Shown: positions 16,264 to 24,790, counted from the stretch's first letter. The stretch is 32,000 nt of DNA from Sinorhizobium meliloti (GCF_017876815.1 NZ_JAGIOS010000002.1:90001-122000); one strand, 5' to 3'. A program made the numbers and translations. Notes: a model not told the origin generated them from the letters alone.

Positions 16264-17442
16264 ATGCGTCCACGGATCCTCGTGACGGGAATTCCTGGTC
16301 ATTACACGCGCCTCGCCAACGGCGCCCAGGGATTATCCGTCTCCTATTCGGAGCGACAGAAACAGCCCGAGACGAAGGAGGAGTTTCTCCAGGAGCTTCG
16401 CAATATCAGCAATACGGGAAATTACCTGATCGGCGAGGGGGCGCTGCGCGCGATTGCCCCCCATGCGAAGCAGGTCCCGTTCTGGCACCTCTATAATTGC
16501 AGCCAGAACGGCGTCGGGCTCGACGAGTTCAACGCCAATTTCGACATCTGCGTCTTCACCTGCGCGAACCTTCTGCGCAAGGGCCTGTCTGCGGATGCCG
16601 AAGCGGAAGTGCTGGGCAAGCTCAAGATGCCGATCGTCATGCTCGGCATCGGCCTGCAGAACCGCCGAGACCTTGAAAACAGCCTGCCGGAGGGCACGAA
16701 GCGGCTTCTGGACGTTCTCAAGGAGCGTGAGCACTATTTCCTGACGCGCGGGTTCGAGACCGCCGGCTTCCTCAAGGACCAAGGCTTCTCCTATGTGCAG
16801 CCGACGGGCTGCCCTTCGATCTATCTGATGCCGCACAACATGCGCACCTCGCTGAAGAAGCTGCCCAATGTACCGGTCGGCAAGGCGCGGACCATCTTCT
16901 CCGGCTATCTGGGTGCCAACCACGATTGCATCGTCGACGCCGCGGCGCTGGCGCCCGAGGGTTCGCGTCCCCAATACGTCATCCAGGACGAGTTCCTCCA
17001 TTTCGACATGAACGTCGAAGCGAACGGCGACGGCCGCGTCTACGACTCCGCCTCCGGCACGATGCTCGGCGAACTGAGCTATCCGGGCACCGAAAGACTG
17101 AAAACGCCCTTCGACGTGCGGACCTTCTTCGATACGAACCAGTGGCGTGCGTGGGCGTCTTCCATGGATTTCAATTTCGGCCGGCGTTTTCACGGCTCGA
17201 TCATCGCGATGCAGGCGGCCGTGCCGAGCCTGATGGTGGCAGTGGACGACCGGATGCGCGAGATGCTCGGTTACACGGGCCTGCCGGCGATCGACGCAGT
17301 CGAGGTCGACAAGGCGGAAAACCGCGCCGAATTCGTCGCCGACCACCTGGCCGGGCTCAATGCGTCCGAACTGGTCGACAGGTATTCCGATCGCGAGCGC
17401 ACGTTCCGCTCGGCGCTCCGGGAGATCGGGATCGGGCAATAA
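16264..17442 (+). CDS. wgaD: polysaccharide pyruvyltransferase-like protein, paralogue 1 (ExpA4/WgaD position)
   Basis: Start placed at ATG 16264 (MRPRILVTGIPG...), after the wgaB stop. The motifs NTGNYLIGEGA and GRRFHGSIIAMQAAVPSLMVAVDDRMREM resemble the N- and C-terminal signatures of the PS_pyruv_trans family. This family call is inference. Confidence 0.7.
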   Translation: MRPRILVTGIPGHYTRLANGAQGLSVSYSERQKQPETKEEFLQELRNISNTGNYLIGEGALRAIAPHAKQVPFWHLYNCSQNGVGLDEFNANFDICVFTCANLLRKGLSADAEAEVLGKLKMPIVMLGIGLQNRRDLENSLPEGTKRLLDVLKEREHYFLTRGFETAGFLKDQGFSYVQPTGCPSIYLMPHNMRTSLKKLPNVPVGKARTIFSGYLGANHDCIVDAAALAPEGSRPQYVIQDEFLHFDMNVEANGDGRVYDSASGTMLGELSYPGTERLKTPFDVRTFFDTNQWRAWASSMDFNFGRRFHGSIIAMQAAVPSLMVAVDDRMREMLGYTGLPAIDAVEVDKAENRAEFVADHLAGLNASELVDRYSDRERTFRSALREIGIGQ

Positions 17443-17484
17443 ATCTCCGCGAGCGTTTGCAGGCTCTAATCTCAGGTGTAATCG

Positions 17485-18657
17485 ATGCGTATCTTGCTTA
17501 CGGGAATCCCGTCCTATCTGCAGCGAACCGTCTCGGGCGTGTCCGGCGCGGAGGTTCGGCACAGGCCCTATTTCGACGAGGTCAGAACCAAGAAGGAACT
17601 GATCGAGCAGGTCAAGAAGATCGCCAATACCGGCAATTATCTGATCGGCGAGGGCGCGGCCCATGCTCTTCGCGGGCATGACGTCACCTATTTGCCCTTC
17701 TGGCATCTCGTCAACAGCAGGAACTCCGACGAGGCTTATGAAAGCCTCAACGAGGAATTCGACATCTGCGTCTTCGCTTCGGCCAACCTCCTGCGCCCGG
17801 GCTACTCGGCGGATCTCGAGGCGGAAGTCTTCGAGAAACTGAAGATGCCGGTGGTGATCATGGGGATCGGTATCCAGCGGAGGGAAGGGCTCAAGGAAAA
17901 CCTGCCTGCCGGCACGCTCAAGTTCCTGGAGGTGCTTAGGAACAAAGAGAGCTTCTTCCTCACGCGCGGTTATTTCACGGCCGAGTTCCTGAGGGAACAG
18001 GGCATGAAGTTCGTGAAGCCGACGGGTTGCCCCTCGCTCTTCTTCGCGCCGGCCGAGATGAAGCGTTCGCTCGCCGCGCTCGCCAATCCGGAGCTCGCTT
18101 CCTCTCAGAAGATCGCCTTCGGAGGCTATCTCGGAAGCGTGGCCGACACGATCGTCGACGCCCACGCGCTGCTGAAACCGGACAGCGTCGCGAGCTACGT
18201 CATCCAGGATGAGGTAGTCGCCTACAATCTCTCCCTTCCCGTGGACGACGACTTGCCCGTCTACGACCGCGCTAGCGGGCGCATCACCGGCCAGACCGCC
18301 TACAAGCATTCGGAGAAATGGCAGCGCAAACACGAGCTCCTGGTGTTCTTCGACACCAATCAATGGCGAAGCTGGGTCTCCGCGCGCGATCTCTGCTTCG
18401 GCCGCCGTTTTCACGGCTGCATCATCGGCATGCAGGCGGGCGTGCCGTCGCTCATGATCGCGGTCGACGATCGCATGCGGGAAATGCTGGAATTCATCGG
18501 CTTCCCCTACATGGAGGCGGCAGTCTGGAACCGGGAGCAGGACAGGAAGGCCTATCTTGCCAGCTTCCTCTCCAAGATCGATGCGCAGGCTGTCATCGAC
18601 CGGTACTCGGCCTGTGAGACCAACTTCCGCAATGCTCTGGCGCATGTCGGGCTCTAG
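17485..18657 (+). CDS. wgaE: polysaccharide pyruvyltransferase-like protein, paralogue 2 (ExpA5/WgaE position)
   Basis: 390 aa and collinear with wgaD over its full length (NTGNYLIGEGA, FDICVF, KMPVVIMGIGIQ, PTGCPS, YVIQDE, FFDTNQWR, GRRFHGCIIGMQAGVPSLMIAVDDRMREM). Confidence 0.7.
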   Translation: MRILLTGIPSYLQRTVSGVSGAEVRHRPYFDEVRTKKELIEQVKKIANTGNYLIGEGAAHALRGHDVTYLPFWHLVNSRNSDEAYESLNEEFDICVFASANLLRPGYSADLEAEVFEKLKMPVVIMGIGIQRREGLKENLPAGTLKFLEVLRNKESFFLTRGYFTAEFLREQGMKFVKPTGCPSLFFAPAEMKRSLAALANPELASSQKIAFGGYLGSVADTIVDAHALLKPDSVASYVIQDEVVAYNLSLPVDDDLPVYDRASGRITGQTAYKHSEKWQRKHELLVFFDTNQWRSWVSARDLCFGRRFHGCIIGMQAGVPSLMIAVDDRMREMLEFIGFPYMEAAVWNREQDRKAYLASFLSKIDAQAVIDRYSACETNFRNALAHVGL

Positions 18658-19816
18658 AGCAATTCCGGGGAAAGTTCGAAGCGGTTTGCGGCCCGGAACT
18701 TCGGCGAAACGAAGAGCGGGAGCATTGCTCCTTGGCGCTTTGCTGACGCTTTCCGCACCCGCGCATGCCGATGAAGCTTCGGCGGCTCGCATTGGGGTCA
18801 ATCGGATGAATCTCGCCTGGCTGTCCCGGGGCGACCAGGAGAGAATTCTGACGGACATCGCCGCCAGCGGCGCGACGGATGTCCGCCTTTCGCTTTCGCG
18901 TCCGGTGGACAAGAGTATAGAGGCGCTGGCAATCGCCCACCGGCTGGGTCTGCGGATCCTTCTCGAGATCCAGCTGGGAAACAAAAGTTACTATCCCCAG
19001 AGCGTAGGACCGAGAACGGGCCATGGCCGCATCTGGGATGTCTATCGACTGTCGGACTTGGATCTCGCCCGGTATCGCAAGGAATTGCAGCAAGCGCTTC
19101 AGCGTATCGATGCCCTCGGCGTTCGTCTTGTAGCGGTCGAGCCGGGAAACGAAATCAACTATGCCGGCTACAACGGCGATCTTGCCGTCTATCCTAAGCC
19201 GGGCGCCCGGACACCGCGCAGCATCGCCGAGCTACGGGAGCGGGCAAGGTTTGAACGCGGCCTCGACAACTACGTCAAGGCGCTGGAGATCAGCCGATCG
19301 GAGCTGCGCAACACCGTGCACAGCCGCGACGCAGCCATCATTTCCGCCGGTCTCTCGGATATGAGCGCGGCAGAAGCCGACAGGCGCGGGATGGAACGGC
19401 TCGATCCCGGCGAATTCGTCGCCCTCCTTCGTCAACGCGGCATCGACAGTCTGGTCGATGCCTATGGCATCCACATTTACCCCGGAAGGAAAGCCGCGCC
19501 CGCCATTTCAGCGCGGGTCAGAAGCCTTCTCGACTTCTGCCGGACCGCGGCAACCGGCAAGTCCTGCTGGGTCACGGAATGGGGGATCGCAAACAAGGCG
19601 CGCTCCTGCCCGGTGGACGATCGATCGCGAGGAGAGGCGATCCGCGTCATGCGCGCGACCTTCGGCGAACTGATCGACGCAGGCCGATTGACCGCTGCCT
19701 ACTATTACGACTGGGACACAGAGCCTTCCTATAGCCTCTGGCGCTGCGGCAAGCTCAGTCCCGCCGGCGCCGCGGCGATCGGACCGGGCGACGGTGCAGG
19801 AGCGCAAGCACGATGA
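18644..19816 (+). CDS. wgaF: exported glycoside-hydrolase-like protein, clan GH-A (TIM barrel) type (ExpA6/WgaF position)
   Basis: Signal peptide with an RR n-region and AXA site ([23 protein letters not shown]). Putative acid/base motif VEPGNEINY and nucleophile motif WVTEWG. The start at ATG 18644 (or 18632) overlaps the wgaE end. Confidence 0.7.
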   Translation: MSGSRAIPGKVRSGLRPGTSAKRRAGALLLGALLTLSAPAHADEASAARIGVNRMNLAWLSRGDQERILTDIAASGATDVRLSLSRPVDKSIEALAIAHRLGLRILLEIQLGNKSYYPQSVGPRTGHGRIWDVYRLSDLDLARYRKELQQALQRIDALGVRLVAVEPGNEINYAGYNGDLAVYPKPGARTPRSIAELRERARFERGLDNYVKALEISRSELRNTVHSRDAAIISAGLSDMSAAEADRRGMERLDPGEFVALLRQRGIDSLVDAYGIHIYPGRKAAPAISARVRSLLDFCRTAATGKSCWVTEWGIANKARSCPVDDRSRGEAIRVMRATFGELIDAGRLTAAYYYDWDTEPSYSLWRCGKLSPAGAAAIGPGDGAGAQAR

Positions 19817-19838
19817 TGACCTCGACCGGAGTGGGCGC

Positions 19839-20720
19839 ATGAAGGGCATCATCCTTGCGGGCGGCCGGGGAACCAGGCTCTACCCGGTTACAATCTCGGT
19901 TTCGAAGCAACTGCTCCCCGTCCATGACAAGCCGATGATCTATTACCCACTCGGCATGCTGATGCTGGCCGGTATTCGCGAGATACTGGTGATCACCATG
20001 CCCCGGGACCGGCCGCTGTTCGAGGAGTTGCTTGGGGACGGCAGCCAGTTCGGCCTCGCGATCTCCTATGCCGAGCAGCCGGAGCCGAACGGGCTCGCCG
20101 AGGCCTTCATCATCGGCCGGGATTTCATCGGCAACAGCTCCGTGGCGCTTATCCTCGGAGACAATATTTTCTACGGCGCCGGCCTGCCCGAGCTTTGCAG
20201 CGATGCAGCGGCCCGGCCGAGCGGTGCCACGATCTTCGCCTATCGTGTGGACGATCCCGAGCGCTACGGCGTCGTCAGTTTCGATGGAGAGACCGGGCGG
20301 GCCGAGACGATCGAGGAGAAACCTGAGCTGGCGAGATCGAGCTGGGCGGTGACCGGTCTTTATTTCTATGAAAACAGCGTGCTTGAGATCGCTTCTTCAA
20401 TAAAACCTTCAGCACGGGGCGAACTGGAAATCACCGATGTCAACCGGGCCTATCTGGAGCGCGGCGACCTTCACGTCTGCCGCCTCGGGCGGGGGTATGC
20501 CTGGCTCGATACGGGCACGCACGACAGCCTGCACGATGCCGCTTCCTTCGTGCGCACGATCGAGCACCGGCAGGGCGTCAAGATCATGTGCCCGGAAGAG
20601 ATCGCCTTAGAGCTCGGCTACGTTTCGGCGGATCAGGTGCTTCAGCGTGCCGACCTGCTCGGTAAAAACGACTATGCGATCTATCTTCGGCGACGGGTCA
20701 GGGAGCTCTCGGATGCTTGA
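19839..20720 (+). CDS. rfbA: glucose-1-phosphate thymidylyltransferase (RmlA/RfbA; ExpA7/WgaG position)
   Basis: [18 protein letters not shown]...[17 protein letters not shown]...LGDNIFYG, the classic RmlA N-terminus. ATG 19839 has a GGAG RBS. The track's 5' extension overlaps wgaF. Confidence 0.95.
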   Translation: MKGIILAGGRGTRLYPVTISVSKQLLPVHDKPMIYYPLGMLMLAGIREILVITMPRDRPLFEELLGDGSQFGLAISYAEQPEPNGLAEAFIIGRDFIGNSSVALILGDNIFYGAGLPELCSDAAARPSGATIFAYRVDDPERYGVVSFDGETGRAETIEEKPELARSSWAVTGLYFYENSVLEIASSIKPSARGELEITDVNRAYLERGDLHVCRLGRGYAWLDTGTHDSLHDAASFVRTIEHRQGVKIMCPEEIALELGYVSADQVLQRADLLGKNDYAIYLRRRVRELSDA

Positions 20721-21276
20721 AGTCAGGTCCCTGGGCCTCGACGGGGTTCTGGAAATCGTTCCGCGCAGACTCGGCGACGAGCGCGGCTTCTTTTCGGAGA
20801 CCTACAATGCGGAGACCCTCGCCGCCCACGGCGTCGCGGCGATCTTCGTACAGGACAACCATTCCTATTCCGCGGCTGCGGGCACGCTGCGCGGCCTGCA
20901 CTATCAGCTTCCGCCCAAGGCGCAGGCGAAGCTCGTTCGCGTTGTTCGAGGCAGGGTGTTCGATGTCGTGGTCGACATTCGCAAGGGTTCGCCGACCTTC
21001 GCGAAATGGGTCGCTCTCGAACTCTCGGCGGAGAAATGGAACCAGATTCTGGTGCCTGTCGGCTTCGCCCACGGCCTCGTGACGCTCGAGCCGGAAACGG
21101 AAGTTCTCTACAAGGTAAGCGAGCATTACAGCGCTGAGCATGAGCGGTCCATCCGCTACGACGATCCTGAGATCGGCATAGGCTGGCCTGCCGCTACCGA
21201 CCGTCTGCAACTGTCCGCGAAGGACAGGAACGCACCACTGCTCCACGAATCCATTCTTTTCGAGTTCACCGCGTGA
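20713..21276 (+). CDS. rfbC: dTDP-4-dehydrorhamnose 3,5-epimerase (RmlC/RfbC; ExpA8/WgaH position)
   Basis: RmlC cupin motifs: [49 protein letters not shown]. The ATG at 20713 overlaps the rfbA end by 8 nt. Confidence 0.95.
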   Translation: MLEVRSLGLDGVLEIVPRRLGDERGFFSETYNAETLAAHGVAAIFVQDNHSYSAAAGTLRGLHYQLPPKAQAKLVRVVRGRVFDVVVDIRKGSPTFAKWVALELSAEKWNQILVPVGFAHGLVTLEPETEVLYKVSEHYSAEHERSIRYDDPEIGIGWPAATDRLQLSAKDRNAPLLHESILFEFTA

Positions 21277-21287
21277 GGGGAGAAACC

Positions 21288-22358
21288 ATGCGAGTTTTGG
21301 TAACGGGTGGCGCGGGTTTCATTGGATCGGCGGTTTGCCGGCACCTGATCCGAAACGGGGCCGAGCGCGTCGTCAATGTCGACAAGCTGACCTATGCCGG
21401 CAGCCTTGCGTCGTTACGGGCGGTGGAAAGCGATCCGCACTATGCTTTCTACCGGGCCGATATCCGCGACGAACAGGTTCTGCTCCAGATCATGCGCCGG
21501 GAGGGGATCGATGCGATCATGCATCTTGCTGCCGAGAGCCATGTCGACCGCTCGATCGAGAGCCCCGACCCATTTATGGAGACCAATGTCCTCGGCACGG
21601 TGCGGTTGCTTAACGCCGCACTGGCCTACTGGTCGGGGCTCGGCACCGAGGAGCGGGGGCGCTTCCGGTTTCACCATGTCTCGACCGACGAAGTTTTCGG
21701 CGACCTTCCGTTCAACCGCGGGATTTTTTCCGAGGAGACTCGCTACGCACCCTCGTCCCCTTACGCGGCTTCTAAAGCAGCGGCGGATCACTTCGCTCGT
21801 GCGTGGTACCACACCTATGGTCTTCCGGTGGTGGTCTCGAACTGCTCCAACAATTACGGCCCGTTCCATTTTCCCGAGAAGCTGATCCCCCTGACGATCA
21901 TCAATGCCATAGAGGAGAAGCCGTTGCCGCTCTACGGCTCGGGAGCGAATGTCCGCGATTGGCTCCATGTCGCCGATCATGCGACTGCGCTGGAACTGGT
22001 CGTCAGCCGGGGCAGGCCAGGGGAGAGCTACAATATAGGCGCCCGTGCCGAGCGCAACAATCTGTCGGTCATGGAATGCATCTGCGATCTGCTCGACGTC
22101 CGGTTGCCGCGAAAGGGCGGTGACAGCTATCGGGACCTCATCACTCTTGTCCCCGACCGGCCCGGCCACGACCGCCGCTATGCGATCGATCCCTCGAAGG
22201 CCGAGCGTGAGCTTGGCTGGAGGCCGAAGCGGAGCTTCGAGGGCGGGTTGAGCGAGACTGTCGACTGGTTTCTCGCAAACAGGTGGTGGTGGGAGCCGAT
22301 CCGGCGCGAGCGCTATTCCGGCGCCCGCATCGGCGGGCAGCATCGGAGCGTTGCGTGA
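21288..22358 (+). CDS. rfbB: dTDP-glucose 4,6-dehydratase (RmlB/RfbB; ExpA9/WgaI position)
   Basis: MRVLVTGGAGFIGS Rossmann motif, HLAAESHVDRS, YAASKAAADH (YxxxK). ATG 21288 with a GGGGAG RBS; the track start at GTG 21273 is less likely. Confidence 0.95.
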   Translation: MRVLVTGGAGFIGSAVCRHLIRNGAERVVNVDKLTYAGSLASLRAVESDPHYAFYRADIRDEQVLLQIMRREGIDAIMHLAAESHVDRSIESPDPFMETNVLGTVRLLNAALAYWSGLGTEERGRFRFHHVSTDEVFGDLPFNRGIFSEETRYAPSSPYAASKAAADHFARAWYHTYGLPVVVSNCSNNYGPFHFPEKLIPLTIINAIEEKPLPLYGSGANVRDWLHVADHATALELVVSRGRPGESYNIGARAERNNLSVMECICDLLDVRLPRKGGDSYRDLITLVPDRPGHDRRYAIDPSKAERELGWRPKRSFEGGLSETVDWFLANRWWWEPIRRERYSGARIGGQHRSVA

Positions 22359-23257
22359 GAATTGCCGTGACCGGCTGCGAGGGCCAATTGGCCCTCGGCC
22401 TCGTGGAACGGTCTCATAGGCGGTCGGGAATGGAGGTCGTTACGATCGGGCGGCCGCACCTCGATCTCACAGAGCCGGCAACGATCCTGCCGGCGATCGA
22501 GCGATGCCGGCCGGACCTCGTCGTCTCGGCGGCAGCTTACACGGCCGTCGACCAGGCCGAAAGCGAGCCGGAGGCGGCTTTCGCGGTCAACGCGTTCGGG
22601 GCTGGCGCGGTCGCTGAGGCGGCCGCCTGCCTCGAAGTGCCCATCGTCCATATTTCGACGGATTATGTCTTCGACGGGAGCAAACCGGGGAGCTATGCAG
22701 AGGGCGACACACCGGCTCCGCTTAGCGTCTACGGCGCTTCCAAGCTTGCCGGAGAAAGCGCGGTTGCCGAGGCAACTCCCCGCCATCTCATCCTGCGCAC
22801 GGGCTGGGTCTACAGCCCCTTCGGGAAGAATTTCGTCAAGACCGTCCTGCGGCTCGCAGAGGAGCGCGAAGATATCGCCGTCGTTGCGGATCAACGGGGA
22901 AATCCGTCATCGGCGATCGACCTTGCGGACGCGATCCTCGATATTTCCGCGCGGCTCACGAAATCCCGTCAGGACGCCGCTTTTGGCCTCTACCACCTCG
23001 CTGGCTCGGGCGTCGTAAGCCGGGCCGATTTCGCGCGGCATGCTCTTGCGGCGAGCCGTGCCGCAGGCGGTCCCTGGGCGCATGTTCGGGACATCGCGAC
23101 GGGTGGGTTTCCGACACCTGCAAGCCGCCCTGCAAACTCGTCGCTGTCGAGCGCCAAATTCAACGCGACCTTCGGCCAGGCCATGCCTGCCTGGCAGGGT
23201 TCCGTGGAGCGAACCGTGAGGCGGCTTGTCGAGAGCATTTCGAGTGAAACCAGTTAG
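22355..23257 (+). CDS. rfbD: dTDP-4-dehydrorhamnose reductase (RmlD/RfbD; ExpA10/WgaJ position)
   Basis: VRIAVTGCEGQLA..., AAYTAVDQAE, ISTDYVFDG, YGASKLAGE (YxxxK). The GTG at 22355 forms a GTGA overlap with the rfbB stop. The track's 5' extension lies inside rfbB. Confidence 0.9.
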   Translation: MRIAVTGCEGQLALGLVERSHRRSGMEVVTIGRPHLDLTEPATILPAIERCRPDLVVSAAAYTAVDQAESEPEAAFAVNAFGAGAVAEAAACLEVPIVHISTDYVFDGSKPGSYAEGDTPAPLSVYGASKLAGESAVAEATPRHLILRTGWVYSPFGKNFVKTVLRLAEEREDIAVVADQRGNPSSAIDLADAILDISARLTKSRQDAAFGLYHLAGSGVVSRADFARHALAASRAAGGPWAHVRDIATGGFPTPASRPANSSLSSAKFNATFGQAMPAWQGSVERTVRRLVESISSETS

Positions 23258-23302
23258 AGCGGGACGCGGACGGAAAGCCGCGCGCACTTTCCTCATCCCG
23301 CC

Positions 23303-24121
23303 CTAGCCGGCGAGTTCGGCGCGAAGACCTTGGATGAAAGCGAGAAGCGCCTGCTGCGGATCCGCGCCTTCGCCGGCGAGAACGGTTACGCCCCAGTTTC
23401 TGAGCACCGCTTCCTGCACGGGATTCGGCCGGTACATGAAGACGTAGGAAGGAGGCCGGTCCTTTTCGTGTCCGGATCTCCGCCAGGTGCTCCAGATGCG
23501 GTGGAGAAGCAGGCGGATGTTCAGGTCCGACATGCTGTAGCCGATGAACAGCACGGTCGCCTCGAGTGCGTCGCTGCGAAAGCGGACGTCCAGCGGAGAG
23601 TCGAAGGACAGCCGGTTGAAATAGTCGGTTTCGGTCAGGATGAGCGTGTCTTCATCGTCGAAGTCGCCGTGATACTTGATGATTCGCGTGACGCCTGCGG
23701 GCGCGGAGGCGATGTCGCGCACGTGGCTGATCTTTGCATAGCGCTTGCCGTAGACCTCGTAGGCGATTTCCAGATTGCTGTCGTAGTTGGTCGTGTAGAT
23801 CACCGGAAAGTCGAGCTCGACGATCAACCGATGCAGTTCCGAACGTTCGATGCGCTCCGGCGAGACGCGCCAGTTTTGCCGCATCCATTCGCACAGCGAG
23901 GTGATGTCCCCGTGTTGCAGGCGATAGCATTCGGCGATCGTCTGATAGGAGATGTCGGGATCGTGCATGACGGAATCGTCCAGGCGCAGCTCGCTCAGAA
24001 TGTGATCGACCAGCGTTTTCCACGACGGCAATCCGACGCTCATCGACACGCCAGCCCCGACAAACAGGACCGCGTGCCGGCGCTCCAGCGCCGAAACGAT
24101 CTCCTTGGTGTGTTTCTTCAT
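23303..24121 (-). CDS. stand-alone SIR2-like (SIR2_2 / ThsA-N-terminal-type) domain protein, putative NAD+-consuming enzyme
   Basis: 272 aa. Motifs: LFVGAGVSMSVGLPSW (res 19-34), TTNYD (110-114), KYHGD (149-153), FIGYSMSD (192-199). AGGAG RBS 6 nt before ATG 24121. Convergent with rfbD. Confidence 0.85.
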   Translation of the reverse strand: MKKHTKEIVSALERRHAVLFVGAGVSMSVGLPSWKTLVDHILSELRLDDSVMHDPDISYQTIAECYRLQHGDITSLCEWMRQNWRVSPERIERSELHRLIVELDFPVIYTTNYDSNLEIAYEVYGKRYAKISHVRDIASAPAGVTRIIKYHGDFDDEDTLILTETDYFNRLSFDSPLDVRFRSDALEATVLFIGYSMSDLNIRLLLHRIWSTWRRSGHEKDRPPSYVFMYRPNPVQEAVLRNWGVTVLAGEGADPQQALLAFIQGLRAELAG

Positions 24122-24180
24122 GGTCGCTCCTGTTCGGAGCGCTCAACACACGAGGCGGGTAGATGTTCCCTTCTGCGCCT

Positions 24181-24351
24181 TTACTGTCTGGCTGCCGCCT
24201 TCTGGGCGTCGGCACGGGCGGGCGGATCGGGCGCAGCCCATTCCACGGCCGCGATGGCGGAGCCGAGCAGGAGGGCGGGCAGAGCGAGCGCTGCGAAAAA
24301 CCGAAGCACGTGACGGCGACGCATGCGCTTCTTATCCTGATCGTAAACCAT
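24181..24351 (-). CDS. small (56 aa) single-pass membrane protein, hypothetical
   Basis: MVYDQDKKRMRRRHVLRFFAALALPALLLGSAIAAVEWAAPDPPARADAQKAAARQ: a basic N-terminus followed by one hydrophobic helix. GC3-rich codons. It lies 60 nt upstream of, and co-directional with, the SIR2 gene. The RBS is weak, and the longer 85-aa version in the track is possible. Confidence 0.45.
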   Translation of the reverse strand: MVYDQDKKRMRRRHVLRFFAALALPALLLGSAIAAVEWAAPDPPARADAQKAAARQ

Positions 24352-24506
24352 CTTCCGCCCCGCCCTGGATAGATTGGAAACAGCCCTCGTGCGATAGAAG
24401 CAGAGAAGCCCCTCAAGGTCGAGTTCCCTGGGTAACACAACTTTGTGTCTGTAACGTCACGTCCGACGGCCGGCTTCCCGGAAAAGCACGATCGCCGCCG
24501 GCTCGA

Positions 24507-24531
24507 TGAACCAAATGCGTTCTCATGAGTT
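24507..24531 (+). promoter_or_regulatory. EcfG/RpoE2-type (general stress sigma) promoter candidate for the CsbD gene: TGAAC-N16-AGTT
   Basis: TGAAC at 24507-24511, a 16-nt spacer, then AGTT at 24528-24531, about 36 nt upstream of the ATG. Confidence 0.45.
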
Positions 24532-24566
24532 CCAACTTCAATGCAATTGAACCAGGAGGACTACTC

Positions 24567-24776
24567 ATGGACTGGAATCGCGTGGAAGGTAACTGGAAGC
24601 AGGTCAAAGGGAAGGTCAAGGAGCAGTGGGGCAAGCTCACCGACGATGACCTAGACCAGATCTCCGGCAGCCGCGAGCAGCTCGAAGGAAAGATCCAGGA
24701 GCGTTACGGAATCGAGAAGGACCGTGTAAGGCGCGACATAGACGATTGGTACGGCCGCCAGACCTGGAATTGGTGA
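24567..24776 (+). CDS. CsbD-family general stress protein
   Basis: MDWNRVEGNWKQVKGKVKEQWGKLTDDDLDQISGSREQLEGKIQERYG is a textbook CsbD sequence. AGGAGG RBS before ATG 24567. Confidence 0.9.
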   Translation: MDWNRVEGNWKQVKGKVKEQWGKLTDDDLDQISGSREQLEGKIQERYGIEKDRVRRDIDDWYGRQTWNW

Positions 24777-24790
24777 TCAGCGAAACGCCG

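Noticed and set aside
16333-18984. 883-aa ORF on the minus strand spanning wgaD, wgaE and the start of wgaF
   Set aside because: It is antisense to two genes with clear RBSs, conserved paralogous motifs and proper GC3 bias. The translation is Arg/Ala/Gly/Asp-rich with no recognisable motif, as expected for stop-poor antisense frames in GC-rich DNA, and it also runs straight through an intergenic spacer.
23258-23302. Possible bidirectional terminator between the convergent rfbD and SIR2 genes (CGCGG-acggaaag-CCGCG)
   Set aside because: It has only a 5-bp stem, an 8-nt loop and no T-run, which is too weak to call.
24395-24428. GGAAC on the minus strand (24428-24424) upstream of the small ORF/SIR2 pair, as a possible EcfG-type promoter
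   Set aside because: The sequence 16-17 nt downstream is TTCT/GCTT, not nGTT/CGTT. There is a -35-like element only, so there is no support for stress-sigma control of the SIR2 module from sequence alone.
23258-24566. The SIR2 region as a horizontally acquired defence islet or mobile-element insertion
   Set aside because: No integrase, transposase, tRNA, flanking direct repeats or obvious compositional shift can be seen. The codon style looks like that of the neighbours. Acquisition cannot be supported from this window.
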